From: Euprymna scolopes
Lineage: Eukaryota
Strand: one strand, 5' to 3'
DNA: 64,000 nt
Assembly: GCA_053919585.1 (NCBI GenBank)
Contig: CM132828.1
Shown: positions 13,301 through 28,300 of the stretch, piece by piece
Position numbering within the stretch: position 1 is the first letter of the stretch
How the letters are laid out: every line of letters begins with the position of its first letter
The notes under the pieces: model-generated
Told to the model about the DNA's origin: nothing
What the model saw: only the letters and a program-made list of their open reading frames with translations
Databases searched by the model: none
Translations under genes and position numbers: made by a program

Positions 13301-16300
13301 TGTGAAAAGTTTTGAATCTACTAATCCTCTTAATGCTCAATTCATCTGAACAAATACAGACATATTAACCGTATTCGAAGACGAAATTAATCAACACATG
13401 TCGTTTATGGGTGTGAAAAGTTTTGAATCTACTAATCCTCTTAATGCTCAATTCATCTGAACAAATATAGACATATTAACCGTATTCGAAGACGAAATTA
13501 ATCAACACATGTTGTCGTTTATGGGTGTGAAAAGTTTTGAATCTACTAATCCTCTTAATGCTCAATTCATCTGAACAAATATAGACATATTAACCGTATT
13601 CGAAGACAAAATTAATCAACACATGTTGTCGTTTATGGGTGTGAAAAGTTTTGAATCTACTAATCCTCTTAATGCTCAATTCATCTGAACAAATACAGAC
13701 ATATTAACCGTATTCGAAGACGAAATTAATCAACACATGTCGTTTATGGGTGTGAAAAGTTTTGAATCTACTAATCCGCTTAATGCTCAATTCATCTGAA
13801 CAAATACAGACATATTAACCGTATTCGAAGACGAAATTAATCAACACATGTTGTCGTTTATGGGTGTGAAAAGTTTTTAATCTACTAATCTTCTTAATGC
13901 TCAATTCATCTGAACAAATACAGACATATTAACCGTATTCGAAGACGAAATTAATCAACACATGTTGTCGTTTATGGGTGTGAAAAGTTTTGAATCTACT
14001 AATCCTCTTAATGCTCAATTCATCTGAACAAATACAGACATATTAACCGTATTCGAAGACGAAATTAATCAACACATGTCGTTTATGGGTGTGAAAAGTT
14101 TTGAATCTACTAATCCTCTTAATGCTCAATTCATCTGAACAAATACAGACATATTAACCGTATTCGAAGACGAAATTAATCAACACATGTCGTTTATGGG
14201 TGTGAAAAGTTTTGAATCTACTAATCCTCTTAATGCTCAATTCATCTGAACAAATATAGACATATTAACCGTATTCGAAGACGAAATTAATCAACACATT
14301 TTGTCGTTTATGGGTGTGAAAAGTTTTGAATCTACTAATCCTCTTAATGCTCAATTCATCTGAACAAATATAGACATATTAACCGTATTCGAAGACGAAA
14401 TTAATCAACACATGTTGTCGTTTATGGGTGTGAAAAGTTTTGAATCTACTAATCCTCTTAATGCTCAATTCATCTGAACAAATACAGACATATTAACCGT
14501 ATTCGAAGACGAAATTAATCAACACATGTCGTTTATGGGTGTGAAAAGTTTTGAATCTACTAATCCTCTTAATGCTCAATTCATCTGAACAAATATAGAC
14601 ATATTAACCGTATTCGAAGACGAAATTAATCAACACATTTTGTCGTTTATGGGTGTGAAAAGTTTTGAATCTACTAATCCTCTTAATGCTCAATTCATCT
14701 GAACAAATATAGACATATTAACCGTATTCGAAGACGAAATTAATCAACACATGTTGTCGTTTATGGGTGTGAAAAGTTTTGAATCTACTAATCCTCTTAA
14801 TGCTCAATTCATCTGAACAAATACAGACATATTAACCGTATTCGAAGACGAAATTAATCAACACATGTCGTTTATGGGTGTGAAAAGTTTTGAATCTACT
14901 AATCCTCTTAATGCTCAATTCATCTGAACAAATATAGACATATTAACCGTATTCGAAGACGAAATTAATCAACACATTTTGTCGTTTATGGGTGTGAAAA
15001 GTTTTGAATCTACTAATCCTCTTAATGCTCAATTCATCTGAACAAATATAGACATATTAACCGTATTCGAAGACGAAATTAATCAACACATGTTGTCGTT
15101 TATGGGTGTGAAAAGTTTTGAATCTACTAATCCTCTTAATGCTCAATTCATCTGAACAAATACAGACATATTAACCGTATTCGAAGACGAAATTAATCAA
15201 CACATGTTGTCGTTTATGGGTGTGAAAAGTTTTGAATCTACTAATCCTCTTAATGCTCAATTCATCTGAACAAATACAGACATATTAACCGTATTCGAAG
15301 ACGAAATTAATCAACACATGTCGTTTATGGGTGTGAAAAGTTTTGAATCTACTAATCCGCTTAATGCTCAATTCATCTGAACAAATACAGACATATTAAC
15401 CGTATTCGAAGACGAAATTAATCAACACATGTTGTCGTTTATGGGTGTGAAAAGTTTTGAATCTACTAATCCTCTTAATGCTCAATTCATCTGAACAAAT
15501 ATAGACATATTAACCGTATTCGAAGACGAAATTAATCAACACATGTTGTCGTTTATGGGTGTGAAAAGTTTTGAATCTACTAATCCTCTTAATGCTCAAT
15601 TCATCTGAACAAATATAGACATATTAACCGTATTCGAAGACAAAATTAATCAACACATGTTGTCGTTTATGGGTGTGAAAAGTTTTGAATCTACTAATCC
15701 TCTTAATGCTCAATTCATCTGAACAAATACAGACATATTAACCGTATTCGAAGACGAAATTAATCAACACATGTCGTTTATGGGTGTGAAAAGTTTTGAA
15801 TCTACTAATCCGCTTAATGCTCAATTCATCTGAACAAATACAGACATATTAACCGTATTCGAAGACGAAATTAATCAACACATGTTGTCGTTTATGGGTG
15901 TGAAAAGTTTTTAATCTACTAATCTTCTTAATGCTCAATTCATCTGAACAAATACAGACATATTAACCGTATTCGAAGACGAAATTAATCAACACATGTT
16001 GTCGTTTATGGGTGTGAAAAGTTTTGAATCTACTAATCCTCTTAATGCTCAATTCATCTGAACAAATACAGACATATTAACCGTATTCGAAGACGAAATT
16101 AATCAACACATGTCGTTTATGGGTGTGAAAAGTTTTGAATCTACTAATCCTCTTAATGCTCAATTCATCTGAACAAATACAGACATATTAACCGTATTCG
16201 AAGACGAAATTAATCAACACATGTCGTTTATGGGTGTGAAAAGTTTTGAATCTACTAATCCTCTTAATGCTCAATTCATCTGAACAAATACAGACATATT

Positions 16301-19300
16301 AACCGTATTCGAAGACGAAATTAATCAACACATGTCGTTTATGGGTGTGAAAAGTTTTGAATCTACTAATCCTCTTAATGCTCAATTCATCTGAACAAAT
16401 ACAGACATATTAACCGTATTCGAAGACGAAATTAATCAACACATGTCGTTTATGGGTGTGAAAAGTTTTGAATCTACTAATCCTCTTAATGCTCAATTCA
16501 TCTGAACAAATATTGACATATTAACCGTATTCGAAGACGAAATTAATCAACACATGTCGTTTATGGGTGTGAAAAGTTTTGAATCTACTAATCCTCTTAA
16601 TGCTCAATTCATCTGAACAAATACAGATATATTAACCGTATTCGAAGACGAAATTAATCAACACATGCTGTCGTTTATGGGTGTGAAAAGTTTTTAATCT
16701 ACTAATCCTCTTAATGCTCAATTCATCTGAACAAATACAGACATATTAACCGTATTCGAAGACGAAATTAATCAACACATGTTGTCGTTTATGGGTGTGA
16801 AAAGTTTTGAATCTACTAATCCTCTTAATGCTCAATTCATCTGAACAAATATAGACATATTAACCGTATTCGAAGACGAAATTAATCAACACATGTTGTC
16901 GTTTATGGGTGTGAAAAGTTTTTAATCTACTAATCCTCTTAATGCTCAATTCATCTGAACAAATACAGACATATTAACCGTATTCGAAGACGAAATTAAT
17001 CAACACATGTTGTCGTTTATGGGTGTGAAAAGTTTTGAATCTACTAATCCTCTTAATGCTCAATTCATCTGAACAAATACAGACATATTAACCGTATTCG
17101 AAGACGAAATTAATCAACACATGTCGTTTATGGGTGTGAAAAGTTTTGAATCTACTAATCCTCTTAATGCTCAATTCATCTGAACAAATACAGACATATT
17201 AACCGTATTCGAAGACGAAATTAATCAACACATGTCGTTTATGGGTGTGAAAAGTTTTGAATCTACTAATCCTCTTAATGCTCAATTCATCTGAACAAAT
17301 ACAGACATATTAACCGTATTCGAAGACGAAATTAATCAACACATGTCGTTTATGGGTGTGAAAAGTTTTGAATCTACTAATCCTCTTAATGCTCAATTCA
17401 TCTGAACAAATACAGACATATTAACCGTATTCGAAGACGAAATTAATCAACACATGTCGTTTATGGGTGTGAAAAGTTTTGAATCTACTAATCCTCTTAA
17501 TGCTCAATTCATCTGAACAAATACAGACATATTAACCGTATTCGAAGACGAAATTAATCAACACATGTCGTTTATGGGTGTGAAAAGTTTTGAATCTACT
17601 AATCCTCTTAATGCTCAATTCATCTGAACAAATATAGACATATTAACCGTATTCGAAGACGAAATTAATCAACACATGTCGTTTATGGGTGTGAAAAGTT
17701 TTGAATCTACTAATCCTCTTAATGCTCAATTCATCTGAACAAATACAGATATATTAACCGTATTCGAAGACGAAATTAATCAACACATGCTGTCGTTTAT
17801 GGGTGTGAAAAGTTTTTAATCTACTAATCCTCTTAATGCTCAATTCATCTGAACAAATACAGACATATTAACCGTATTCGAAGACGAAATTAATCAACAC
17901 ATGTTGTCGTTTATGGGTGTGAAAAGTTTTGAATCTACTAATCCTCTTAATGCTCAATTCATCTGAACAAATACAGACATATTAACCGTATTCGAAGACG
18001 AAATTAATCAACACATGTTGTCGTTTATGGGTGTGAAAAGTTTTTAATCTACTAATCCTCTTAATGCTCAATTCATCTGAACAAATACAGACATATTAAC
18101 CGTATTCGAAGACGAAATTAATCAACACATGTTGTCGTTTATGGGTGTGAAAAGTTTTGAATCTACTAATCCTCTTAATGCTCAATTACTCTGAACAAAT
18201 ATAGACATATTAACCGTATTCGAAGACGAAATTAATCAACACATGTTGTCGTTTATGGGTGTGAAAAGTTTTGAATCTACTAATCCTCTTAATGCTCAAT
18301 TCATCTGAACAAATACAGACATATTAACCGTATTCGAAGACGAAATTAATCAACACATGTTGTCGTTTATGGGTGTGAAAAGTTTTTAATCTACTAATCT
18401 TCTTAATGCTCAATTCATCTGAACAAATACAGACATATTAACCGTATTCGAAGACGAAATTAATCAACACATGTCGTTTATGGGTGTGAAAAGTTTTTAA
18501 TCTACTAATCCTCTTAATGCTCAATTCATCTGAACAAATACAGACATATTAACCGTATTCGAAGACGAAATTAATCAACACATGTCGTTTATGGGTGTGA
18601 AAAGTTTTGAATCTACTAATCCTCTTAATGCTCAATTCATCTGAACAAATACAGACATATTAACCGTATTCGAAGACGAAATTAATCAACACATGTCGTT
18701 TATGGGTGTGAAAAGTTTTGAATCTACTAATCCTTATAATGCTCAATTCATCTGAACAAATACAGACATATTAACCGTATTCGAAGACGAAATTAATCAA
18801 CACATGTCGTTTATGGGTGTGAAAAGTTTTGAATCTACTAATCCTCTTAATGCTCAATTCATCTGAACAAATATAGACATATTAACCGTATTCGAAGACG
18901 AAATTAATCAACACATGTTGTCGTTTATGGGTGTGAAAAGTTTTGAATCTACTAATCCTCTTAATGCTCAATTCATCTGAACAAATACAAACATATTAAC
19001 CGTATTCGAAGACGAAATTAATCAACACATGTTGTTTATGGGTGTGAAAAGTTTTGAATCTACTAATCCTCTTAATGCTCAATTCATCTGAACAAATACA
19101 GACATATTAACCGTATTCGAAGACGAAATTAATCAACACATGTTGTCGTTTATGGGTGTGAAAAGTTTTGAATCTACTAATCCTCTTAATGCTCAATTCA
19201 TCTGAACAAATATAGACATATTAACCGTATTCGAAGACGAAATTAATCAACACATGTTGTCGTTTATGGGTGTGAAAAGTTTTGAATCTACTAATCCTCT

Positions 19301-22300
19301 TAATGCTCAATTCATCTGAACAAATATAGACATATTAACCGTATTCGAAGACGAAATTAATCAACACATGTTGTCGTTTATGGGTGTGAAAAGTTTTGAA
19401 TCTACTAATCCTCTTAATGCTCAATTCATCTGAACAAATACAGACATATTAACCGTATTCGAAGACGAAATTAATCAACACATGTCGTTTATGGGTGTGA
19501 AAAGTTTTGAATCTACTAATCCTCTTAATGCTCAATTCATCTGAACAAATACAAACATATTAACCGTATTCGAAGACGAAATTAATCAACACATGTTGTC
19601 GTTTATGAGTGTGAAAAGTTTTGAATCTACTAATCCTCTTAATGCTCAATTCATCTGAACAAATATAGACATATTAACCGTATTCGAAGACGAAATTAAT
19701 CAACACATGTTGTCGTTTATGGGTGTGAAAAGTTTTAAATCTACTAATCCTCTTAATGCTCAATTCATCTGAACAAATACAGACATATTAACCGTATTCG
19801 AAGACGAAATTAATCAACACATGTTGTCGTTTATGGGTGTGAAAAGTTTTTAATCTACTAATCCTCTTAATGCTCAATTCATCTGAACAAATACAGACAT
19901 ATTAAGCGTATTCGAAGACGAAATTAATCAACACATGTTGTCGTTTATGGGTGTGAAAAGTTTTGAATCTACTAATCCTCTTAATGCTCAATTCATCTGA
20001 ACAAATATAGACATATTAACCGTATTCGAAGACGAAATTAATCAACACATGTTGTCGTTTATGGGTGTGAAAAGTTTTGAATCTACTAATCCTCTTAATG
20101 CTCAATTCATCTGAACAAATACAGACATATTAACCGTATTCGAAGACGAAATTAATCAACACATGTCGTTTATGGGTGTGAAAAGTTTTGAATCTACTAA
20201 TCCTCTTAATGCTCAATTCATCTGAACAAATACAGACATATTAACCGTATTCGAAGACGAAATTAATCAACACATGTTGTCGTTTATGGGTGTGAAAAGT
20301 TTTTAATCTACTAATCCTCTTAATGCTCAATTCATCTGAACAAATACAGACATATTAACCGTATTCGAAGACGAAATTAATCAACACATGTTGTCGTTTA
20401 TGGGTGTGAAAAGTTTTGAATCTACTAATCCTCTTAATGCTCAATTCATCTGAACAAATATAGACATATTAACCGTATTCGAAGACGAAATTAATCAACA
20501 CATGTCGTTTATGGGTGTGAAAAGTTTTTAATCTACTAATCCTCTTAATGCTCAATTCATCTGAACAAATACAGACATATTAACCGTATTCGAAGACGAA
20601 ATTAATCAACACATGTCGTTTATGGGTGTGAAAAGTTTTTAATCTACTAATCCTCTTAATGCTCAATTCATCTGAACAAATACAGACATATTAACCGTAT
20701 TCGAAGACGAAATTAATCAACACATGTTGTCGTTTATGGGTGTGAAAAGTTTTTAATCTACTAATCCTCTTAATGCTCAATTCATCTGAAAAAATACAGA
20801 CATATTAACCGTATTCGAAGACGAAATTAATCAACACATGTTGTCGTTTATGGGTGTGAAAAGTTTTTAATCTACTAATCCTCTTAATGCTCAATTCATC
20901 TGAAAAAATACAGACATATTAACCGTATTCGAAGACGAAATTAATCAACACATGTGCTGTCGTTTATGTGTGTGAAAAGTTTTTAATCTACTAATCCTCT
21001 TAATGCTCAATTCATCTGAACAAATACAGACATATTAACCGTATTCGAAGACGAAATTAATCAACACATGTTGTCGTTTATGGGTGTGAAAAGTTTTGAA
21101 TCTACTAATCCTCTTAATGCTCAATTCATCTGAACAAATACAGACATATTAACCGTATTCGAAGACGAAATTAATCAACACATGTCGTTTATGGGTGTGA
21201 AAAGTTTTGAATCTACTAATCCTCTTAATGCTCAATTCATCTGAACAAATACAGACATATTAACCGTATTCGAAGACGAAATTAATCAACACATGTTGTC
21301 GTTTATGGGTGTGAAAAGTTTTTAATCTACTAATCCTCTTAATGCTCAATTCATCTGAAAAAATACAGACATATTAACCGTATTCGAAGACGAAATTAAT
21401 CAACACATGTTGTCGTTTATGGGTGTGAAAAGTTTTGAATCTACTAATCCTCTTAATGCTCAATTCATCTGAACAAATATAGACATATTAACCGTATTCG
21501 AAGACGAAATTAATCAACACATGTCGTTTATGGGTGTGAAAAGTTTTTAATCTACTAATCCTCTTAATGCTCAATTCATCTGAACAAATACAGACATATT
21601 AACCGTATTCGAAGACGAAATTAATCAACACATGTCGTTTATGGGTGTGAAAAGTTTTTAATCTACTAATCCTCTTAATGCTCAATTCATCTGAACAAAT
21701 ACAGACATATTAACCGTATTCGAAGACGAAATTAATCAACACATGTTGTCGTTTATGGGTGTGAAAAGTTTTTAATCTACTAATCCTCTTAATGCTCAAT
21801 TCATCTGAAAAAATACAGACATATTAACCGTATTCGAAGACGAAATTAATCAACACATGTTGTCGTTTATGGGTGTGAAAAGTTTTTAATCTACTAATCC
21901 TCTTAATGCTCAATTCATCTGAAAAAATACAGACATATTAACCGTATTCGAAGACGAAATTAATCAACACATGTGCTGTCGTTTATGTGTGTGAAAAGTT
22001 TTTAATCTACTAATCCTCTTAATGCTCAATTCATCTGAACAAATACAGACATATTAACCGTATTCGAAGACGAAATTAATCAACACATGTGCTGTCGTTT
22101 ATGTGTGTGAAAAGTTTTTAATCTACTAATCCTCTTAATGCTCAATTCATCTGAACAAATACAGACATATTAACCGTATTCGAAGACGAAATTAATCAAC
22201 ACATGTCGTTTATGGGTGTGAAAAGTTTTGAATCTACTAATCCTCTTAATGCTCAATTCATCTGAACAAATACAGACATATTAACCGTATTCGAAGACGA

Positions 22301-25300
22301 AATTAATCAACACATGTTGTCGTTTATGGGTGTGAAAAGTTTTTAATCTACTAATCCTCTTAATGCTCAATTCATCTGAAAAAATACAGACATATTAACC
22401 GTATTCGAAGACGAAATTAATCAACACATGTTGTCGTTTATGGGTGTGAAAAGTTTTGAATCTACTAATCCTCTTAATGCTCAATTCATCTGAACAAATA
22501 TAGACATATTAACCGTATTCGAAGACGAAATTAATCAACACATGTCGTTTATGGGTGTGAAAAGTTTTTAATCTACTAATCCTCTTAATGCTCAATTCAT
22601 CTGAACAAATACAGACATATTAACCGTATTCGAAGACGAAATTAATCAACACATGTCGTTTATGGGTGTGAAAAGTTTTTAATCTACTAATCCTCTTAAT
22701 GCTCAATTCATCTGAACAAATACAGACATATTAACCGTATTCGAAGACGAAATTAATCAACACATGTTGTCGTTTATGGGTGTGAAAAGTTTTTAATCTA
22801 CTAATCCTCTTAATGCTCAATTCATCTGAAAAAATACAGACATATTAACCGTATTCGAAGACGAAATTAATCAACACATGTTGTCGTTTATGGGTGTGAA
22901 AAGTTTTTAATCTACTAATCCTCTTAATGCTCAATTCATCTGAAAAAATACAGACATATTAACCGTATTCGAAGACGAAATTAATCAACACATGTGCTGT
23001 CGTTTATGTGTGTGAAAAGTTTTTAATCTACTAATCCTCTTAATGCTCAATTCATCTGAACAAATACAGACATATTAACCGTATTCGAAGACGAAATTAA
23101 TCAACACATGTTGTCGTTTATGAGTGTGAAAAGTTTTGAATCTACTAATCCTCTTAATGCTCAATTCATCTGAACAAATACAGACATATTAACCGTATTC
23201 GAAGACGAAATTAATCAACACATGTCGTTTATGGGTGTGAAAAGTTTTGAATCTACTAATCCTCTTAATGCTCAATTCATCTGAACAAATACAGACATAT
23301 TAACCGTATTCGAAGACGAAATTAATCAACACATGTTGTCGTTTATGGGTGTGAAAAGTTTTTAATCTACTAATCCTCTTAATGCTCAATTCATCTGAAA
23401 AAATACAGACATATTAACCGTATTCGAAGACGAAATTAATCAACACATGTTGTCGTTTATGGGTGTGAAAAGTTTTGAATCTACTAATCCTCTTAATGCT
23501 CAATTCATCTGAACAAATATAGACATATTAACCGTATTCGAAGACGAAATTAATCAACACATGTCGTTTATGGGTGTGAAAAGTTTTTAATCTACTAATC
23601 CTCTTAATGCTCAATTCATCTGAACAAATACAGACATATTAACCGTATTCGAAGACGAAATTAATCAACACATGTCGTTTATGGGTGTGAAAAGTTTTTA
23701 ATCTACTAATCCTCTTAATGCTCAATTCATCTGAACAAATACAGACATATTAACCGTATTCGAAGACGAAATTAATCAACACATGTTGTCGTTTATGGGT
23801 GTGAAAAGTTTTTAATCTACTAATCCTCTTAATGCTCAATTCATCTGAAAAAATACAGACATATTAACCGTATTCGAAGACGAAATTAATCAACACATGT
23901 TGTCGTTTATGGGTGTGAAAAGTTTTTAATCTACTAATCCTCTTAATGCTCAATTCATCTGAACAAATATAGACATATTAACCGTATTCGAAGACGAAAT
24001 TAATCAACACATGTTGTCGTTTATGGGTGTGAAAAGTTTTGAATCTACTAATCCTCTTAATGCTCAATTCATCTGAACAAATACAGACATATTAACCGTA
24101 TTCGAAGACGAAATTAATCAACACATGTCGTTTATGGGTGTGAAAAGTTTTGAATCTACTAATCCTCTTAATGCTCAATTCATCTGAACAAATACAGACA
24201 TATTAACCGTATTCGAAGACGAAATTAATCAACACATGTTGTCGTTTATGGGTGTGAAAAGTTTTTAATCTACTAATCCTCTTAATGCTCAATTCATCTG
24301 AAAAAATACAGACATATTAACCGTATTCGAAGACGAAATTAATCAACACATGTTGTCGTTTATGGGTGTGAAAAGTTTTGAATCTACTAATCCTCTTAAT
24401 GCTCAATTCATCTGAACAAATATAGACATATTAACCGTATTCGAAGACGAAATTAATCAACACATGTCGTTTATGGGTGTGAAAAGTTTTTAATCTACTA
24501 ATCCTCTTAATGCTCAATTCATCTGAACAAATACAGACATATTAACCGTATTCGAAGACGAAATTAATCAACACATGTCGTTTATGGGTGTGAAAAGTTT
24601 TTAATCTACTAATCCTCTTAATGCTCAATTCATCTGAACAAATACAGACATATTAACCGTATTCGAAGACGAAATTAATCAACACATGTTGTCGTTTATG
24701 GGTGTGAAAAGTTTTTAATCTACTAATCCTCTTAATGCTCAATTCATCTGAAAAAATACAGACATATTAACCGTATTCGAAGACGAAATTAATCAACACA
24801 TGTTGTCGTTTATGGGTGTGAAAAGTTTTTAATCTACTAATCCTCTTAATGCTCAATTCATCTGAACAAATATAGACATATTAACCGTATTCGAAGACGA
24901 AATTAATCAACACATGTTGTCGTTTATGGGTGTGAAAAGTTTTGAATCTACTAATCCTCTTAATGCTCAATTCATCTGAACAAATACAGACATATTAACC
25001 GTATTCGAAGACGAAATTAATCAACACATGTCGTTTATGGGTGTGAAAAGTTTTGAATCTACTAATCCTCTTAATGCTCAATTCATCTGAACAAATACAG
25101 ACATATTAACCGTATTCGAAGACGAAATTAATCAACACATGTTGTCGTTTATGGGTGTGAAAAGTTTTTAATCTACTAATCCTCTTAATGCTCAATTCAT
25201 CTGAAAAAATACAGACATATTAACCGTATTCGAAGACGAAATTAATCAACACATGTTGTCGTTTATGGGTGTGAAAAGTTTTGAATCTACTAATCCTCTT

Positions 25301-28300
25301 AATGCTCAATTCATCTGAACAAATATAGACATATTAACCGTATTCGAAGACGAAATTAATCAACACATGTCGTTTATGGGTGTGAAAAGTTTTTAATCTA
25401 CTAATCCTCTTAATGCTCAATTCATCTGAACAAATACAGACATATTAACCGTATTCGAAGACGAAATTAATCAACACATGTCGTTTATGGGTGTGAAAAG
25501 TTTTTAATCTACTAATCCTCTTAATGCTCAATTCATCTGAACAAATACAGACATATTAACCGTATTCGAAGACGAAATTAATCAACACATGTTGTCGTTT
25601 ATGGGTGTGAAAAGTTTTTAATCTACTAATCCTCTTAATGCTCAATTCATCTGAAAAAATACAGACATATTAACCGTATTCGAAGACGAAATTAATCAAC
25701 ACATGTTGTCGTTTATGGGTGTGAAAAGTTTTTAATCTACTAATCCTCTTAATGCTCAATTCATCTGAAAAAATACAGACATATTAACCGTATTCGAAGA
25801 CGAAATTAATCAACACATGTGCTGTCGTTTATGTGTGTGAAAAGTTTTTAATCTACTAATCCTCTTAATGCTCAATTCATCTGAACAAATACAGACATAT
25901 TAACCGTATTCGAAGACGAAATTAATCAACACATGTTGTCGTTTATGGGTGTGAAAAGTTTTGAATCTACTAATCCTCTTAATGCTCAATTCATCTGAAC
26001 AAATACAGACATATTAACCGTATTCGAAGACGAAATTAATCAACACATGTCGTTTATGGGTGTGAAAAGTTTTGAATCTACTAATCCTCTTAATGCTCAA
26101 TTCATCTGAACAAATACAGACATATTAACCGTATTCGAAGACGAAATTAATCAACACATGTTGTCGTTTATGGGTGTGAAAAGTTTTTAATCTACTAATC
26201 CTCTTAATGCTCAATTCATCTGAAAAAATACAGACATATTAACCGTATTCGAAGACGAAATTAATCAACACATGTTGTCGTTTATGGGTGTGAAAAGTTT
26301 TGAATCTACTAATCCTCTTAATGCTCAATTCATCTGAACAAATATAGACATATTAACCGTATTCGAAGACGAAATTAATCAACACATGTCGTTTATGGGT
26401 GTGAAAAGTTTTTAATCTACTAATCCTCTTAATGCTCAATTCATCTGAACAAATACAGACATATTAACCGTATTCGAAGACGAAATTAATCAACACATGT
26501 CGTTTATGGGTGTGAAAAGTTTTTAATCTACTAATCCTCTTAATGCTCAATTCATCTGAACAAATACAGACATATTAACCGTATTCGAAGACGAAATTAA
26601 TCAACACATGTTGTCGTTTATGGGTGGGAAAAGTTTTTAATCTACTAATCCTCTTAATGCTCAATTCATCTGAAAAAATACAGACATATTAACCGTATTC
26701 GAAGACGAAATTAATCAACACATGTTGTCGTTTATGGGTGTGAAAAGTTTTTAATCTACTAATCCTCTTAATGCTCAATTCATCTGAAAAAATACAGACA
26801 TATTAACCGTATTCGAAGACGAAATTAATCAACACATGTGCTGTCGTTTATGTGTGTGAAAAGTTTTTAATCTACTAATCCTCTTAATGCTCAATTCATC
26901 TGAACAAATACAGACATATTAACCGTATTCGAAGACGAAATTAATCAACACATGTGCTGTCGTTTATGTGTGTGAAAAGTTTTTAATCTACTAATCCTCT
27001 TAATGCTCAATTCATCTGAACAAATACAGACATATTAACCGTATTCGAAGACGAAATTAATCAACACATGTTGTTTATGGGTGTGAAAAGTTTTTAATCA
27101 ACTAATCCTCTTAATGCTCAATTAATCTGAACAAACACAGACATATTAACCGTATTCGAAGACGAAATTAATCAACACATGTTGTCGTTTATGGGTGTGA
27201 AAAGTTTTGAATCTACTAATCCTCTTAATGCTCAATTCATCTGAACAAATACAGACATATTAACCGTATTCGAAGACGAAATTAATCAACACATGTTGTC
27301 GTTTATGGGTGTGAAAAGTTTTGAATCTACTAATCCTCTTAATGCTCAATTCATCTGAACAAATATAGACATATTAACCGTATTCGAAGACGAAATTAAT
27401 CAACACATGTTGTCGTTTATGGGTGTGAAAAGTTTTGAATCTACTAATCCTCTTAATGCTCAATTCATCTGAACAAATACAGACATATTAACCGTATTCG
27501 AAGACGAAATTAATCAACACATGTTGTCGTTTATGGGTGTGAAAAGTTTTGAATCTACTAATCCTCTTAATGCTCAATTCATCTGAACAAATATAGACAT
27601 ATTAACCGTATTCGAAGACGAAATTAATCAACACATGTTGTCGTTTATGGGTGTGAAAAGTTTTGAATCTACTAATCCTCTTAATGCTCAATTCATCTGA
27701 ACAAATACAGACATATTAACCGTATTCGAAGACGAAATTAATCAACACATGTCGTTTATGGGTGTGAAAAGTTTTGAATCTACTAATCCTCTTAATGCTC
27801 AATTCATCTGAACAAATACAGACATATTAACCGTATTCGAAGACGAAATTAATCAACACATGTTGTCGTTTATGGGTGTGAAAAGTTTTGAATCTACTAA
27901 TCCTCTTAATGCTCAATTCATCTGAACAAATACAAACATATTAACCGTATTCGAAGACGAAATTAATCAACACATGTTGTCGTTTATGGGTGTGAAAAGT
28001 TTTTAATCTACTAATCCTCTTAATGCTCAATTCATCTGAACAAATACAGACATATTAACCGTATTCGAAGACGAAATTAATCAACACATGTCGTTTATGG
28101 GTGTGAAAAGTTTTGAATCTACTAATCCTCTTAATGCTCAATTCATCTGAACAAATACAGACATATTAACCGTATTCGAAGACGAAATTAATCAACACAT
28201 GTTGTCGTTTATGGGTGTGAAAAGTTTTGAATCTACTAATCCTCTTAATGCTCAATTCATCTGAACAAATATAGACATATTTACCGTATTCGAAGACGAA

